Made by a program: the position numbers and the translations under genes. The notes under the pieces were generated by a model. It was not told where the DNA came from and did not search any database. It was given only the letters and a program-made list of their open reading frames with translations. From Planctomycetota bacterium (GTDB lineage Bacteria; Planctomycetota; UBA11346), in NCBI GenBank assembly GCA_007695355.1, contig REDX01000241.1, positions 1 to 10,254 on the forward strand: a DNA stretch of 10,254 nucleotides, written 5' to 3'. Below are positions 7,437 to 10,254 of this stretch, piece by piece (the stretch's first letter is position 1; each line of letters opens with the position of its first letter).

Positions 7437-8276
7437 ATGTTTCGCGCCATCGGTCGTTGGTTCCGCAGCCTCGGATATTTGGTTAGTGGCCGGGTTGAGT
7501 CCTCGGCCCGACGCATGGATACAGATCCCCACGCCATGCGCTCGAAGTACGATGATGTGATCCGGGAAAAGACCAAGCGCATCCAGCAATATAAAGAAGC
7601 GGTGGCCGGACTCATCGCCCAGCAAGAACACAAGATGAGTCAGGTCAAAAATCTGAGCGAAGAACTCAAGCACCTGGAAGATCTCAAGGCCGGCGCCCTC
7701 GCCAAGGCCCAGCAGCGGGTGGGCGAACTACAGGCCAAGGGCGCCGATAAATCCGTCATCCAGAGCGACCCCGATTACCAGAAATGCCTGAACGCCTTTA
7801 ATGACTTCACCTCCACCGGCACCGAAAAGCAGGCCCGCGTCGATGAAGCCGAAGGCGAAATCGAGGATTTTGGCCGGCGCATTAAAGAGCACACCTTGCA
7901 GTTGGAAGTGCTGCGCAAGGAAATCGAAAAGCTGCGCTCGGAAGCTAACGAGGCGGTGGCCGATGTGATCTCGGCCAAGCAAGAGGCCGAACTCAATGAT
8001 GCTCTTTCCGGCATTGGCACCGACTCCACCTCAGAGAAGCTTGGCGAGCTGCGCCGTATGCGCTCGGAAGTCAAGGCCAGCGCCCGGGTTAGCAAAGAGC
8101 TGGCGGGCACCGATCACAAACTGGCCGAAGCCGAATTCCTGGAATACGCCCGTAAAAACGCCGGCAATACGGAGTTCGAACGTCTGGTGGGGCTGGCCGC
8201 CGGCAGCGATGCCCCAAGCCCCGAGGCCAGTGAAAAGGCCGCGCCCAGCCCTGAACGCGAGCGCCTGCCCGAATAG
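7437..8276 (+). CDS. pspA: PspA/IM30/Vipp1-family (ESCRT-III superfamily) coiled-coil membrane-remodelling protein
   Basis: 279-aa ORF. It has an N-terminal amphipathic helix MFRAIGRWFRSLGYLV, followed by long heptad coiled-coil sequence (KEAVAGLIAQQEHKMSQVKNLSEELKHLEDLKAGALAKAQQRVGELQ...) whose length and periodicity are like PspA/Vipp1. A GGAGA RBS lies at -6. It sits immediately upstream of an AAA+ ATPase, a documented PspA partner. The family assignment is by pattern, not by search. Confidence 0.7.
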   Translation: MFRAIGRWFRSLGYLVSGRVESSARRMDTDPHAMRSKYDDVIREKTKRIQQYKEAVAGLIAQQEHKMSQVKNLSEELKHLEDLKAGALAKAQQRVGELQAKGADKSVIQSDPDYQKCLNAFNDFTSTGTEKQARVDEAEGEIEDFGRRIKEHTLQLEVLRKEIEKLRSEANEAVADVISAKQEAELNDALSGIGTDSTSEKLGELRRMRSEVKASARVSKELAGTDHKLAEAEFLEYARKNAGNTEFERLVGLAAGSDAPSPEASEKAAPSPERERLPE

Positions 8277-8293
8277 GCTGTCCGGGCACCCCC

Positions 8294-10090
8294 ATGGTCT
8301 CCTCTCCCACCCGCTCTCAATTGCGCTTTCTGCGCGACGCGGCGCGCCTGCTTAATGCCGGGCAGACCCGCAGCCTTATTCTATCTGGTAATGTCGCCGA
8401 CCTCTTCCCCCCTCCCGACGGCGACGGGAACGATGAATGGGTACCCCTGCCCGAACTCCTACGCCGCTCCTGGAGCGTGCCCGGGCGGCTGGTCATTACC
8501 TACGAAATCAATGGCCCCCTGCGCTTCCAAAGCGAAGCCGTGCAGCGTCGCCTGCGCGATGCCTGGGTGCGCTGGCGCACCGGCCTGGGCCCGGGTGACC
8601 TCGCCCTACAGCGCCTAGCCAGCGGCCAATCCCCCGGCGATATTGATGCCGGCTTTGACCAGCTCTGTGCCCAGGCCATTGGCAAGCCAACCCTGGCCCT
8701 CGAGCTCTTGCGCCAGTTCTGCTGTTGCTCGCGCCTCGAACATCAGGGGGCGCCGGTGCTGCGCGAGGACCTGCTGATCATTATTGAGGCCGCCGATCTG
8801 ATTCTCCCCGAGGCGACGATTTCCTCCCTCGGCGATGCCGATCGCCAGCGCCTGCATATCTGTCACGACTGGTTTGCCGATCCCGAATTTAATGCCGCCT
8901 ACGATGCGGTGGTGCTCATCTGTGAAAGCCGGGCCGCCCTCAATCAGCGCATCGCTCGACTGCCGCAGATGCTAGAAATGACGGTGGACGATCCGGATCT
9001 CGCACTACGCGAGGCCTATATCGCCCACGAGGACATCCCGGAACTCAGCCCCGAGGATCGGACGCGCCTAGCCCTCGGCTCGGCCGGCCTCACCATCCAT
9101 GCCCTGCGTCAGCTGCTCCTCGGCATAAACCATAACCATGGCACCTGGAGCCCGGCCCTCCTCATCGATAAGGTGGAAGAGCATTTGCTGGCGCAATTGG
9201 GGGAGGATTCCATCTCCTTTTCCCGGCCCAACCACACCCTTGCCCAGGTCATGGGCTTTGACCGCCTCAAGCGCTTTCTCGCCGAAGAGCTGGTGCCGCG
9301 ACTGCGCCACGGTGGCGCCGCCGCCCTTTCCGGGGCCGCGGTATGCGGGCCCATCGGCGCCGGTAAGACCTTTATCTTTGAGGCCGTGGCCGGGGAATTG
9401 GGCCTGCCAGTTTTAGAGCTCAAAAATCTGCGCTCGCAGTGGTTTGGCCAGACCGATGCCATTGTCGAGCGCCTGCGCCGCCTGCTCACCGCCCTCGATC
9501 GGGTGGTAATTATGGTCGACGAAGCTGACACCCAATTTGGCGATCTGGGCCCGGGCAGCCACGAAACCGAACGCCGTCTCACCGGCCGCCTACAAAGCAT
9601 GATGAGCGACCCTAAGCTTTTAGGTAAGGTTTTTTGGCTGCTCATGACCGCCCGCATCGACCGCCTCTCGGCCGACCTTCGCCGCCCCGGCAGAGCTGGG
9701 GATCTGATTATCCCGGTCCTTGATCCCAGCCCGGAAGAGCGCCAGGCCTTCGTCCTTTGGACCTGCGAACCGGTGTGCCTGGCACCCTCACACGGATTGC
9801 GCAAGCGCCTGCTGGCCCACACCCATGACTGGTCTGCCGCCGCCTACGCCAGCCTGCGCCGAGAACTGCAGGCCCAGCGCAATACCCTAGGCAAAGACCT
9901 CAGCGAGGCCGAAATCCTGGCCCTGGTCGAAGACCGCCTGCTACCCCCCCTGGCCCAAGTACGACGCCGACAAACCCTGCTCGCCCTACTCAATTGCACC
10001 CGGCGCAGCCTGCTGCCCGATCCCGAAGTGGATGAGGCCACGCGCGAATCCTGGCGCCGAGAACTGGCGGCCCTCGAGATGACTCCGTAG
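8294..10090 (+). CDS. Classical-clade AAA+ ATPase (Vps4/FtsH-like ATPase core) with a roughly 330-aa N-terminal domain, possibly a degenerate pseudo-ATPase, and a C-terminal helical region
   Basis: 598-aa ORF with Walker A CGPIGAGKTF, Walker B VVIMVDEAD, sensor-1 region LLMTAR, and an arginine-finger-like DLRRPGRAGDLI (compare RPGRFDR of classical AAA). The N-terminal half contains Walker-B-like LLIIIEAADLI without a P-loop. It starts 17 nt after the PspA stop, with no obvious Shine-Dalgarno sequence, so coupling is likely. Confidence 0.85.
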   Translation: MVSSPTRSQLRFLRDAARLLNAGQTRSLILSGNVADLFPPPDGDGNDEWVPLPELLRRSWSVPGRLVITYEINGPLRFQSEAVQRRLRDAWVRWRTGLGPGDLALQRLASGQSPGDIDAGFDQLCAQAIGKPTLALELLRQFCCCSRLEHQGAPVLREDLLIIIEAADLILPEATISSLGDADRQRLHICHDWFADPEFNAAYDAVVLICESRAALNQRIARLPQMLEMTVDDPDLALREAYIAHEDIPELSPEDRTRLALGSAGLTIHALRQLLLGINHNHGTWSPALLIDKVEEHLLAQLGEDSISFSRPNHTLAQVMGFDRLKRFLAEELVPRLRHGGAAALSGAAVCGPIGAGKTFIFEAVAGELGLPVLELKNLRSQWFGQTDAIVERLRRLLTALDRVVIMVDEADTQFGDLGPGSHETERRLTGRLQSMMSDPKLLGKVFWLLMTARIDRLSADLRRPGRAGDLIIPVLDPSPEERQAFVLWTCEPVCLAPSHGLRKRLLAHTHDWSAAAYASLRRELQAQRNTLGKDLSEAEILALVEDRLLPPLAQVRRRQTLLALLNCTRRSLLPDPEVDEATRESWRRELAALEMTP

Positions 10091-10103
10091 AACTTCCGCG
10101 GGA

Positions 10104-10254
10104 GACATAAATAAGGGACATAAATAAGGTAAATGAGGGTAAATGAGGTAAATGAGGGACATGCAGTAAGGTAAATGAGGGACATGCAGTAAATAATAAG
10201 ATAAATGAGGATAAATGAGGATAAATGAGGATAAATGAGGATAAATGAGGATAA
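10104..10254. repeat. AT-rich nested tandem-repeat array: 13-mer gacataaataagg x2, then 23-mer ggtaaatgagggacatgcagtaa x2, then decamer ataaatgagg x5 or more, continuing beyond the window. It is built on a core TAAATGAGG motif that occurs 9 times in total.
   Basis: Direct reading of 10104-10254. Five perfect decamer copies lie at 10201-10250 plus a partial sixth. There are stop codons in all frames. It sits immediately downstream of the AAA+ gene stop at 10088-10090. Confidence 0.9.

Noticed and set aside
7287-7673. The 129-codon N-terminal extension of the NfeD ORF (the track gives 6597..7673)
   Set aside because: The extension has no TM segments and is protein-unlike (GHRFFILLDALGLFPDHIIVLRAHG...). 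It would overlap the divergent promoter and the first 237 nt of the PspA gene. The first Met at 7286 immediately precedes the expected TM-rich NfeD N-terminus.
10104-10254. Possible CRISPR array at the 3' end
   Set aside because: The repeat units are only 10-23 bp, they are AT-rich, and they are directly tandem with no unique spacers. This is a minisatellite, not a CRISPR.

Overview
GC-rich (about 60%) bacterial window whose genes all look like membrane-remodelling or membrane-stress components. It contains four complete or near-complete CDSs and one partial CDS, and the partial one is absent from the supplied ORF track.

- **Positions 1-4454, minus strand.** I translated the minus-strand frame (codons on + triplets starting at positions divisible by 3) by hand from position 4496 down to position 3. 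About 1,480 codons are stop-free and run off the left edge. They encode a giant protein: an N-terminal Q7 tract, a repeat-rich beta-rich region, a long central coiled-coil/helical region, and a C-terminal AAA+ ATPase module of the AAA_5/MoxR-like kind (Walker A PPGYGKTT, Walker B MIYVDDIQ). The + strand 'ORFs' listed for positions 1-4500 are antisense shadow ORFs.
- **4545-6560 (-).** Flotillin/SPFH (YqiK-like) protein.
- **6597-7286 (-).** NfeD/YqiJ-like membrane protein, in an operon with the flotillin.
- **7437-8276 (+).** PspA/IM30 (ESCRT-III-superfamily) protein, transcribed divergently from the NfeD gene across a 150-bp intergenic region.
- **8294-10090 (+).** A 598-aa classical-clade AAA+ ATPase, translationally close-coupled to the PspA gene.

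The window ends in an AT-rich nested tandem-repeat array, (ATAAATGAGG)n, that runs off the right edge. The PspA + AAA+ + Band-7/NfeD association has been described in comparative-genomic work. The adjacent giant C-terminal-AAA_5 protein is the best candidate for an undescribed component of this system.
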